Origin: an uncultured virus (IMG/VR IMGVR_UViG_3300030098_006717) | Taxonomy: Duplodnaviria > Heunggongvirae > Uroviricota > Caudoviricetes | IMG/VR virus record: IMGVR_UViG_3300030098_006717 | Length of the DNA stretch: 64,000 nt | Strand: one strand, 5' to 3' | Shown here: one piece after another, positions 26,460 to 36,900 of the stretch | Position numbering within the stretch: position 1 is the first letter of the stretch | Layout: every line of letters starts with the position of its first letter | Position numbers and translations under genes: made by a program | The notes under the pieces: generated by a model | Databases searched by the model: none | The model's input: only the letters and a program-made list of their open reading frames with translations | What the model was told of the DNA's origin: nothing

Positions 26460-29400
26460 ATGCCTAGACACTCCACATCTAAACCTTTATGGGAAGATCA
26501 TAAATCTAAACCCGTAACACCTGAAATATCCCGAACAACATGTTGTTTTAATGATAGAGATTGCCCACCATATTCAGATGGGGATATATATTATCAAGGT
26601 GCTTGTGATAGAAGACTCCCCCATCCAGATTGTACAGATGAGGGTTTTTGTGCTGAAGCTGGTTTTGACTCATGTTCTGAAAATTCACCATGTCTACAAG
26701 AAGGTTATGATTGTAATGGTATAGCCAGTGACGGTGGTGTATATTATTGTTGTGTTCCAGGTGATGGTAGTGGTGATAGATCACAAGAAGATCCAGCAGA
26801 AGCTTATGTTAAAAGATATGCTTGTATATATTCAGAATTTCATGATGATGAAGATGATGAAGATGATGGTGGTGTAGACATAGATGATATTGTAGATATA
26901 GATGATCAAATAGCACCTCTCCCATGTAATTGTAGAACATTTGATTGTAGTCAATGTACAGATACTGGTGATAGTGCTTGGATAGGTGATTATTTTAATA
27001 ATGGTGGTATGGTTACAACATCAACTTCTGACGATGATAATAGTGAAGAAGAATCAGAAGATTGTTTTGGAATATATGATTGTAATGGTGATTGTGATGG
27101 TGGCGCTGTTTTAACTCAGTGTTATTTTGATATAGATGGTGATGGGTTTGGTCAGCCTGGTGGTGTACAACTTTGTACTGGTGGAAATACCGAATATGTT
27201 TCTGGTCAATGTAGAAAAGAAGAAAATTGTGGAGAATATCAAACAGGAGTTATATCAGCTGTAACTGGTAATAGACTCGGAGACAGATTTGTTACATTAA
27301 ATCATTTAAATGGTTCACCCGATTTAGAGGGTAATCATTATCAATATGTAGATTGGCCATATTATTCTGCCGTTGGTGACCCGTATACAATTTCTTTATA
27401 TTTCAAAATAAATGAATACTCTGATCAAGCAAAACAGAGTGGAAATATAACTGGTCTTAATATAGGACATTATAAAAATTTCAATATTGTAGATTCTGGT
27501 GATAATATAAATATTGAGATGACTCATATATCCTTAAACCAAGATGGTGGACCACAACCAGATTCTGGTCAAAATCCATGGACAGGTGGTCCTGGAGATC
27601 AGTCAACTGGAGAATTTTTAGAAGGTGGTGCTGGTTATATTAATATGTCATGGTCTTTTCCTTCTATACATCCGAATGATATTTACGATAATAAAGATTG
27701 GGTTCATTTAGTATTTATGGCAACACCTTATGGGAATACTGGTATTTATTATAGTATGTACATAAATGGTGTTGAGGGTGAATGTATTTCAGGTTGTCAC
27801 AGAGACAATTTACCAATGACAATGGTAGATTTTGAGGATCTAAGGTATTATTATACTAACACTTCATTTGCGGAGATGGCTGCTTGGGATACAAACTCAT
27901 ATAATGTATCAACTAATACCTTTGTATCTGAACCAAAACATCTTTGGACTTTTGGTCACCATCCCAAAGACACTGTTAATGATCCAATTCCTAGAAATAA
28001 TAATTCACCGGTAAATCCTGCAATAACAGTAGATACAGTTTTATTAGATAAGGCTTTAAATGGTGAATTGGTTGAATGTGAAAATGGTATGAATGAGATA
28101 TGTTATCAATCTAATATGAATCCACATCATCCTGGAACTGAATTACCACTTAATGAAAATCAGACTTTTGAATTGGTTAATCAACAAGGTGGATATAAAT
28201 TATATTTACCTGGTCAAACTTTAATAGGTCAACATCCATTAAGTACTTATAAGGTTGATGGAATTGAATATACCAATTCATCTATATGGTCACAAAGGTT
28301 AATACATCAAGGTGTATATAAACTTTCATTTTGTGCATCTAATGCACCTCTGACAACACCTGATGGTGAAAATATAAACATTGCAAATGATTTAACGGTG
28401 AAGTTAAAATATGTAAAAAACAATAATACAGGAGATATTGCAACGGAAGCAATTGTTGGTTTAACTAATCCTAATGATGTAGGGTGTGCACCAATGGGTG
28501 TGTATTTCTTTGCTAGAGCTCATGATACCGGTCACGGTACTGCAGATGATGAACATTTTCTCACAAATCATTATCAATACAATCCAATGTGGATTGAAGT
28601 AAGTGGACCTTCTTTCTGGAGTGATACTTACAATATATACATTAGTGATTTGAAATTAGAACATCTTCCAGGTAGACATTTTATGCATAGGGGAAACTTG
28701 GGACAAAGTAATCCGGACTATAATTATAATAAAAGTCTTTATGATTTTAATGAATTTGAAGTATGTTATTCAAATAATTTAGATGATATTAATGATATGA
28801 ATTATTGTTTATCTAATGTCTATGATGAGTGTGGTATATGTGATGGTAATGGTGTTGTTCAAGATTGTGGATGTGGTGCACCAGGAACAAAGGGAATTCC
28901 TGACGGATATTGTAACTGTGATGCTACATTAACATTAGATTGTAATGATGTATGTGGTGGTACAAGTGAAATAGATTGTGCTGGAGTTTGTGGAGGTAAT
29001 GGTGTAGTCCAAAATTATTATAGAGATGCTGACGGTGATGGTTTGGGTGAAGAATTTGTTGGAACATATTGTTCAGCAGATGTTGATGATCCAACTTTGG
29101 TAACAAATTCTAATGATTTAGTACCAGATTGTTTTTCAAATGAATTAGATGAGTGTGGTATTTGTGATGGTAATGGTCCTTGTAAATGTTTAGATATAAA
29201 TTATTATCAAGATTCTAAGCAGTTAATATCTAATAGTTATGAAAATATATTTGGTAATTTAATTACACCAGATAATATTAGTTTTGGATTGGTTCAAGAA
29301 AGTGTAACAACATTTAATAATAATGAATATGTAACCATAAATAATAATGATTCTATATTTTCTGTTGGGAATTTAACAACCCAATTTGATTGTGATCCTA

Positions 29401-31697
29401 TTTCACATCCAGAGTTATGTTATGAATCAGATTCTAATTTTTATTTATTTTGGGTATCCGATAACAATAATTTACAATTAGAAATACCAAATGATTTTAG
29501 AATATGGAATTGTTCACTTGATGAGTGTATACATTCACCTGAATCTGAATTAAATGTAAATGAAGTACCTTCAAATGGTATGATATCTTATATATCAAAT
29601 CTTGGGTCTGGGTGGCATGTACTTACTCTTAAAAATAATATTGTAAAAGTTCCATTTGAACCAAGTCCTTTACCTCATATATATGCGTGTGAGTGTTGTG
29701 AATCCAATTCTCCCCCTAATGTACCTTCATTACCTAATAAACCAAAACCAGATTTACAAAGACCAGATTGGATTACTACATGTTGTAATCAATGTTGTGA
29801 TGAAATAATACCACCATCAATACTTGGATGTACATATCCAGATGCGTGTAATTATAATGAAAGGGCTCAGAGAGATGATGGGTCTTGTTGGTTTGCTGAA
29901 GAACCATGTACATGTAGAAATTATTCTGATGGACCTGATAGTGCTTATGTAGATTGTTATGGTGTATGTAATGGTGATAATAGAATAGATGATTGTGGTG
30001 TATGTTCCTGTAGTGGAATTCAAGCACTTCCAACAATTCTTGATCAAGGATGTGGTGGAAATCAACATAGGCCTAATAGTGATAAAGATTGTTCAGGTGT
30101 ATGTTTTGGAAATGATTGGTCGTGTTATTATCCAGATAGTTTGTTAGATTATTGGAATTGGATGATAGAAGATGAATGTAGTGTATTAGATTGGACTCAA
30201 CTTCAAACATTTATATTAGCATTACAGGAAGCTCCAACTCAACAATGTTATGATGAAGTTTTAGTTCCAGCTGGAGTGGAAACTTGGTGGGATTTTGTAA
30301 CTATGTTATATTGTCCAGATTGTCCTGATTGTCCTGATTGTCCAGAATGCCCAGATTGTATAAGTTGTGAAGATATAGGTTTAGTTACATGTGATGATGG
30401 TTCATGTGCGGCTACTGAGGGTCAGTGTGGGTGTCCTGATTGTCCAGATTGTCCGGATTGTCCAGAATGTCCAGATTGTAATTCTTGTTGTACAACTTGT
30501 GAAGAGATAGGTTTAGTTACATGTAGTGATGGTTCTTGTGCGGCTTCTATAGATGATTGTGAATGTCCAGATTGTCCAGATTGTCCGGATTGTCCGGATT
30601 GTCCTGACCCCGATTATACTGGATGGGTTGAAGAATCTTCAACATGTGGTGGTTATGTAGATAATGATGCTGATGGTAATGGTGGTATGTGCGCTGATAC
30701 AGGATTCATAGATCCAAGTGGAGGATGTGATTCAATGACAACACAATGTGTTGATTATTCTGGAACTTGTGGTGGTTATACAGATAATGATGCTGATGGT
30801 AATGGTGGCGTATGTGCAAATACAGGATATATAAATCCGAGTGGTTCTTGTGATTCAATGACAACACAATGTGTTTCATATTCTGCTAGTTGTAGTGGAT
30901 ATTTAGATAATGATGATTCAGATAATGATGGGTGGTGTCAAGATACTGAATTTATAAATTCTGATGAATGTCAATCTTGGGTAAATGATGCAGTTGGTGG
31001 GGAAGGAGTTTATTGTACGGAAGATTGGTGTACCAATTATACAGATTTATTTAGTGATGATCAATGTGCGGCTAATTATTCATACTTAGGTGAACCTGAT
31101 TTTCAGTTTCTAAATTCTTTCTTATTAGGTACACCTTTTTGTGATACGGATGTGGCAGATGAAGATGATCAAGATAATTGTGATGGGGTAATATATAATG
31201 ATTTAGATGAATATTTAATGACTCAAGACTATTCAACATATTTGGATAGTGTATATGCAGATTCAGTATCGGATACTTGTAATGATACTTGGTGTTTGGA
31301 GAGTTGGGAGACATTACAAACGGTTACTACTTATGATACTATTACTGTTGCTGGGGGACTTTCTCAGCAAAACCCACTTGCAAGAACTTTTATTGCATAT
31401 CCATATAGAGATGAATTTTATGATCAATTAGGATTAAATCCAACTGGTAATGGACTTTGTACATTCATTGGTATTTTAAATGCTTCTTGGAGTAGTACAT
31501 TTGTAAATGGTGATACCTTATTTTCTAATAGTTCTGCAGGAACTTACTTTTTATCACATAGTGGTACAAGTTGGGGAGTTATAAGTGGAGATGTTGACAA
31601 TTTACCTCAAGGAATAGGATTTATGTTACAAACATCAAATGCGGGTGAAATAAATTGGACTTTACCTGTTAATTGTATACCAGTGGAGAATAGTTAA
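26460..31697 (+). CDS. 1745-aa Cys-rich modular protein (LamG- and CBM-like inserts, DxDxDG loops, CPD repeats)
   Basis: Continuous ORF with DECGICDG, GCTYPDACNYN...DDGSC and (CPD)n motifs; no signal peptide. Confidence 0.85.
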   Translation: MPRHSTSKPLWEDHKSKPVTPEISRTTCCFNDRDCPPYSDGDIYYQGACDRRLPHPDCTDEGFCAEAGFDSCSENSPCLQEGYDCNGIASDGGVYYCCVPGDGSGDRSQEDPAEAYVKRYACIYSEFHDDEDDEDDGGVDIDDIVDIDDQIAPLPCNCRTFDCSQCTDTGDSAWIGDYFNNGGMVTTSTSDDDNSEEESEDCFGIYDCNGDCDGGAVLTQCYFDIDGDGFGQPGGVQLCTGGNTEYVSGQCRKEENCGEYQTGVISAVTGNRLGDRFVTLNHLNGSPDLEGNHYQYVDWPYYSAVGDPYTISLYFKINEYSDQAKQSGNITGLNIGHYKNFNIVDSGDNINIEMTHISLNQDGGPQPDSGQNPWTGGPGDQSTGEFLEGGAGYINMSWSFPSIHPNDIYDNKDWVHLVFMATPYGNTGIYYSMYINGVEGECISGCHRDNLPMTMVDFEDLRYYYTNTSFAEMAAWDTNSYNVSTNTFVSEPKHLWTFGHHPKDTVNDPIPRNNNSPVNPAITVDTVLLDKALNGELVECENGMNEICYQSNMNPHHPGTELPLNENQTFELVNQQGGYKLYLPGQTLIGQHPLSTYKVDGIEYTNSSIWSQRLIHQGVYKLSFCASNAPLTTPDGENINIANDLTVKLKYVKNNNTGDIATEAIVGLTNPNDVGCAPMGVYFFARAHDTGHGTADDEHFLTNHYQYNPMWIEVSGPSFWSDTYNIYISDLKLEHLPGRHFMHRGNLGQSNPDYNYNKSLYDFNEFEVCYSNNLDDINDMNYCLSNVYDECGICDGNGVVQDCGCGAPGTKGIPDGYCNCDATLTLDCNDVCGGTSEIDCAGVCGGNGVVQNYYRDADGDGLGEEFVGTYCSADVDDPTLVTNSNDLVPDCFSNELDECGICDGNGPCKCLDINYYQDSKQLISNSYENIFGNLITPDNISFGLVQESVTTFNNNEYVTINNNDSIFSVGNLTTQFDCDPISHPELCYESDSNFYLFWVSDNNNLQLEIPNDFRIWNCSLDECIHSPESELNVNEVPSNGMISYISNLGSGWHVLTLKNNIVKVPFEPSPLPHIYACECCESNSPPNVPSLPNKPKPDLQRPDWITTCCNQCCDEIIPPSILGCTYPDACNYNERAQRDDGSCWFAEEPCTCRNYSDGPDSAYVDCYGVCNGDNRIDDCGVCSCSGIQALPTILDQGCGGNQHRPNSDKDCSGVCFGNDWSCYYPDSLLDYWNWMIEDECSVLDWTQLQTFILALQEAPTQQCYDEVLVPAGVETWWDFVTMLYCPDCPDCPDCPECPDCISCEDIGLVTCDDGSCAATEGQCGCPDCPDCPDCPECPDCNSCCTTCEEIGLVTCSDGSCAASIDDCECPDCPDCPDCPDCPDPDYTGWVEESSTCGGYVDNDADGNGGMCADTGFIDPSGGCDSMTTQCVDYSGTCGGYTDNDADGNGGVCANTGYINPSGSCDSMTTQCVSYSASCSGYLDNDDSDNDGWCQDTEFINSDECQSWVNDAVGGEGVYCTEDWCTNYTDLFSDDQCAANYSYLGEPDFQFLNSFLLGTPFCDTDVADEDDQDNCDGVIYNDLDEYLMTQDYSTYLDSVYADSVSDTCNDTWCLESWETLQTVTTYDTITVAGGLSQQNPLARTFIAYPYRDEFYDQLGLNPTGNGLCTFIGILNASWSSTFVNGDTLFSNSSAGTYFLSHSGTSWGVISGDVDNLPQGIGFMLQTSNAGEINWTLPVNCIPVENS
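30312..30614 (+). repeat. three blocks of 9-bp TGTCCNGAY repeats encoding (Cys-Pro-Asp)n
   Basis: Blocks at 30312-30359, 30432-30479 and 30564-30614, separated by similar CExIGLVTCxDGSCAA units. Confidence 0.9.
30642..30945 (+). repeat. 123-bp (41-aa) tandem repeat, about 2.5 copies
   Basis: TCGGYxDNDADGNGGxCAxTGxIxPSGxCDSMTTQCV units start at 30642, 30765 and 30888. Confidence 0.85.
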
Positions 31698-33916
31698 TGG
31701 CTATAGGATCAGTTAACATACAAGGGAATTATGGATTCTTAACTCAAACCGATGGTTGGACAGGGGAGAAACATCAAAATGATGTTATTATAGCAACTCA
31801 TTTAGGAGTTGATTATAGAACCGATGATCCTGGTAATAGTATTAATTGGTCGGATGGAACTTTTGGTATAGGTATGCCAGATGTTGATGTGGGAAATCAA
31901 ATAACTTATAGAATAGAGCCTGGTAATCATTGTGGGGCTGATTATCCATTAACAGCTACTGATTCTGGTGGAACTATCTTTACAGATATTTCTCAAGATG
32001 TTGTGTCGGGTGGTGGAGCACTTTATCCATCAATTTATTTTAGTGTAAATGCACCAACTTTTACTTCTGAAAATGTAGTGGTATATTTAGATGATGTGGA
32101 GGGGGGTTTAAATCCCACTTCAACATCTGGTCAATTAACAGCCAATATAAATGATGGATATGGTGGTACATCTGCAACTGTTTTGTTTACAGAATTTGCT
32201 GGAGATTTATTTGGGGATCATGGAACTTGGGAGTGGAATGGTGATGGTTCATATGCATTTGAGCCTTTTGATATAACAAATAATCATCTAATTCAAAAGG
32301 TTATTTTTACAATTTATAATGGTGCTATACTTAGTTCTAATCAATGTAATAGTGGTTTAATTACATATATAACTAATATAGTTAATATACAATTTATAAT
32401 TTATAATCTTTCACATATACCTTATGAATATGGATGTACAGAAACGGAGAGAGCTGGCCAGCTTTCTTTAAATTATTATTGTGATGTTAACAGTTCAAAT
32501 GATGGAACTTATTGTGTTGACGGATCCCATACAGAATTTGTATTACCTTGTAATGAAAATGCTGAAAACGATTGTTGTATTTATTCCCCATCAGTAGATT
32601 TTGATTTCACTCAACCAGTTGCAACTGAATTAAAAATACAATTTACAAATAAAACCATAGATCCAAACAATGAAATTTGGCCAGCTGGTGAAACTTTAAC
32701 ATATACTTTTTCATATGATCCTTATCCATCATCAGGTGGTGTTAATTCATGGACTGATATGAATTATAATTATTCATTTTATTTATATTATGATAGTCCT
32801 GGAGAAAAGACACTTTCATTAAATGTTACTGATTTAACTGGAAATTCTAGGACTGTTGAAAAAAGTCTTACAATTTCATTAGATGGATGTACGGATCAAA
32901 GGGCAGATAATTATAATGCATTATCTAATGAAGATGATGGAACTTGTACTTATGTAGGTTGTTTTTACACTGCAGATTCTGTATCAAATTATTTTTGTGA
33001 TGAATATCCAGATGCATATATTTGTAATGATTCAAATGGATATAGTCTTCAAATTGGTGTAAATGCGTTTGACAATAATACTTGTACTTTTAGTACATTA
33101 AATTCTGATAATTTATCTTGGTTAAGTAACTTTGTTACTAATGGTGAAACTGATAATTATTCTCCGTCAAATTATACAGATTTAGATGCATACTTATTAA
33201 ATTTATTTGGAAGTGACACTAGTAATTATATTTACACCGATCCAAGTACTGGATATTTTGACGACATATCTTATGATATTTTAGATAAACATTGTACTAC
33301 CGCAGAAGCTGGTTGTACTGATACTTGGTGTGAAGGACAATATGGTACACTAATGTTTAGTGATGATTGTGATTTTTGGTGTACAAATGGTTCATGTGAT
33401 AATTGTGAAACACTTTTAAATGAAGAAAATTTTCCTTGTGATGATATTTATTATGGGAGTTGGTGTGTTAGTAATGATTATACTCTTACTGACGAATGTA
33501 AATATACATTAGAATATCCATCTGTTTATTTAAAAAACGGAGCAGTGAATAGAATAGGATATCCATTTAATGAAGAATTAAATATAGATGATGTCTTATC
33601 TCTTTCATTGTTTAATGAGGATCCTAATGCTAGTAGTGGAGATTGTATTTCTTGTTGTGGACAATATACGGATACAGCAACTTATGAAAGTTGTTTATCT
33701 GGTATATCAGTAGACCCAGATGAGGGATCTCAATTACTTAGGTATACATATAGAGATTCTGAAACATTAGATACGGATTTTTCTATTTATAGTGGTGGTA
33801 CTTGGATAGGATTTTTTGATGTATTTTCTCCAACTTATGGATATGAGTTTGTATCCAATGGATCAAACTTATGGTTAAAATTTATAGTACCAATTATAGA
33901 AGAAGAGGAGATTTAA
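31697..33916 (+). CDS. 739-aa Cys-rich protein with PKD-like domain
   Basis: TAATG-coupled; PSVDFDF...IQFTNKTIDP...YDSPGEKTLSLNVTD (PKD-like); GCTDQRADNYN..DDGTC. Confidence 0.85.
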   Translation: MAIGSVNIQGNYGFLTQTDGWTGEKHQNDVIIATHLGVDYRTDDPGNSINWSDGTFGIGMPDVDVGNQITYRIEPGNHCGADYPLTATDSGGTIFTDISQDVVSGGGALYPSIYFSVNAPTFTSENVVVYLDDVEGGLNPTSTSGQLTANINDGYGGTSATVLFTEFAGDLFGDHGTWEWNGDGSYAFEPFDITNNHLIQKVIFTIYNGAILSSNQCNSGLITYITNIVNIQFIIYNLSHIPYEYGCTETERAGQLSLNYYCDVNSSNDGTYCVDGSHTEFVLPCNENAENDCCIYSPSVDFDFTQPVATELKIQFTNKTIDPNNEIWPAGETLTYTFSYDPYPSSGGVNSWTDMNYNYSFYLYYDSPGEKTLSLNVTDLTGNSRTVEKSLTISLDGCTDQRADNYNALSNEDDGTCTYVGCFYTADSVSNYFCDEYPDAYICNDSNGYSLQIGVNAFDNNTCTFSTLNSDNLSWLSNFVTNGETDNYSPSNYTDLDAYLLNLFGSDTSNYIYTDPSTGYFDDISYDILDKHCTTAEAGCTDTWCEGQYGTLMFSDDCDFWCTNGSCDNCETLLNEENFPCDDIYYGSWCVSNDYTLTDECKYTLEYPSVYLKNGAVNRIGYPFNEELNIDDVLSLSLFNEDPNASSGDCISCCGQYTDTATYESCLSGISVDPDEGSQLLRYTYRDSETLDTDFSIYSGGTWIGFFDVFSPTYGYEFVSNGSNLWLKFIVPIIEEEEI

Positions 33917-36900
33917 GTGGCAAATCAAGTCAGTCTGAACTTTGATTATAATTTAGAAGGATATGATGTTAATAATTCTGATGTTCTTAATATCTACTTA
34001 GATGGAATCGCATTAACACTTTCTAATGGTCTTGCAAGTGCACCTCAAATAAATAATGGAACAATATTTCTTAGTTTAGTTGGAACGGCTGGATCTGAAG
34101 TTCAAGAACTTTTATCTAATGGTGGAATTTTAACTTTAACTCTGGAAAGTTATGATGAAGGAACTAGTCAAGAATTTCAAGCTAGTTTACCTCCAATGGA
34201 AATTGCAAGTGGTAATCAGACAATACCTCTTAATGATGTATATGGTACATGGCCTGGTTTAACTGTAAGTTTTTTTTTACCCCAAAGTCTTGAAACATCA
34301 ATAATAATAAATGAAACTTTAACTCGTCATGCTATTGATCAATATAGTTATATTCCACCATTAATAGAATTATATAATACTACTGAAAATGATATTGATT
34401 TATGTGGATATTATTTATTAGTATGTCCTGGTGAAATATTAAGTGATTATGCAACTGAAACTGGAACTTGTAGTGCAATTAATCCTTTAACTCAAACACC
34501 ATATGTTCCGATAGAATTATCTTGTGGTGGTGATTCTGATGATGAGGAGTCAATATATAATCAATGTAAATCAACTTGTAATAGTGGTTTTATGACTCCA
34601 TCTCTTACCTCTAAATTTTTAGGTAAAAATACTAAAATATCTCCGGATAGTTATTTTACTCTTATAGCTGATGAATCAAGTTATCTAATAAGCTCATATG
34701 CATCAGTAGCCCATAACAATATTCTTAATTATAGTTGGTTGTATGCTTATTACGGTTATGCTGATTATACCGTTATGAGAGATTTTACTGCTTTATTTAT
34801 AGAATCGGGTGATTATATGATGAATTATCCTAAATATGTTGATACTTGTTGGTATTGTGGTTCTACTCAACCATTTACACCACAGGCTGCGGTAATACCA
34901 TTTACAACAAATCTTTCTAAAAATACTTATGTTTTATATGATGGTAATCCAAGTAATGGTGGAAATATAGTAACTAGACTGAAAGTAGATGGAACAGATA
35001 CATTTGCAGATTTATTGGGGGTAGGTTATGAGTATAGTCCTGATATTGGTTTTAATGCTGATTGTGATGATTTCAATCTTGATAATCAAGAATATTTTGT
35101 ACAAGGAAAATCTTTAGAGTTTACTAAACATTTAGATGATGATGTTGTAGATTTACAAAGTGAAGCTGAATATTGGAAATTAACAGATGTTTTAACTAAT
35201 CCAAGTAAAGAATTTAAACTCACATTTTTACCAGATGCAACTTCTGATTGTACAAATTTAACATGTTATGATGTTGATCCGAGTGGTTCACCGTGTGTAA
35301 GTTGTCCACAAGAAGCTACTGAATTTCTAAATATAATGATGTTAAATATGGGACAAGTAATGTGGGATAAAAATCCTTGGTTAGATGTCGGTGGTATTAT
35401 TAAACCAAGTGAAATGGAAATTAGATTTAAAAACTCAGCTCCAATGGCATCTGATTGTATTGCAAATTATGGAACATTTGGAAATCAAAATCATTATTCT
35501 TGTAACGGTGATGGATATCAACCTGGAAGTGGATTTTGTCCAGATGAGTGGATATTAAATTGTGATGGTGAATTGGGTGATTGGGATGTTAATACTTTTC
35601 CAGTAGATTGTAATGGAAATTTATGTCCAGAATGGGATGTTGGATCTTTTGGACCTCATCCATTAAATAATCCAGCTGAAGTTTATAGTTTAGATGAATG
35701 TGGGGAATGTAGACAAATTTATCCAGATGTTGATACTGATACAAATACTTCTTGTCAAGGGTGTATTGGTGGTGGAACTGATTTAGGTTATGGTGTATTT
35801 AATCAACATCAAACTGTTCATAGTGATGATTGTGGTGATGATTGTCCTTGTATTCAATATGAAAATACAAGTAGTGAAATAGATAATTATGATGGTAAAT
35901 ATTTTTGTAGAGATCCAGAAGATTCTACTGAATATGAGAACTATACAGCTTGTTCAGTATCATGTATAGATTGGGATTGTTATTATGAAAAAGAAGAATG
36001 TCACTTTTTTGATATCCAACCTGATGGTGTGAATGATTATGATACTAATATATGTGAGTATTCAACTACATTTGGATTGAGTGTTGGTGATGATATAGAA
36101 AATAATTTTTGGTTAACTATTGGTAATAATTTCCCTATAGATGAAGTTACTAATATTCAATTTACTGGAGTAACTATTACTGGAGCTATAGATCCACCAG
36201 ATGGTGTAAGTGTTGAATTAATAGATGATCAAAATATAAGAATATGGACAGAAGATGGTCAGTGGTTACAGACTGATTGTGGTGATAATTGGTGTCATGG
36301 ATTAAATCCAATTAATAAAATTAAATTGGGATACACTGGAACTGCGGATGATAGTTCTGTTACTATATCCAGTGTAACTGGAGTAACTTTTGATATTCCT
36401 GGTTCACCAACGGCTCAAAGTATTGAATTAAGAAATAATACCCTAACTACAGATTGTAATGGAACAATAGGTGGTTCTGATGAAAATGATGAATGTGGTG
36501 TTTGTGGTGGAGACGGATATTATACTTCATGTACATGTCAACCGAACACAAATATATGTGACGCTAGTGATTGTTGGGGAACTGATATATGTGGTAATTG
36601 TACTAATGGTTCTGGAACATGTGATGAAAATCCAGGATCAACTACAAATCATTTAAATGACAATGGTTGTTATAATTGGAATACATATTTAGATGCTTAT
36701 GGGACTAGTGTAGATGGTTGTGTAGATTGTTCTGGAACAATTGACGGTACCTCAGAATTTGATACTTGTTATGATTGTGCTGGTGATAATACTGATGATT
36801 GTAATAGTACAGGAACTTGTATAGATGGTGGTCCTAACAATGGTGGTTCTTGTAATTGTGATAGTAATTATTATGGTGAAATTTGTGATTCATTATGTGC

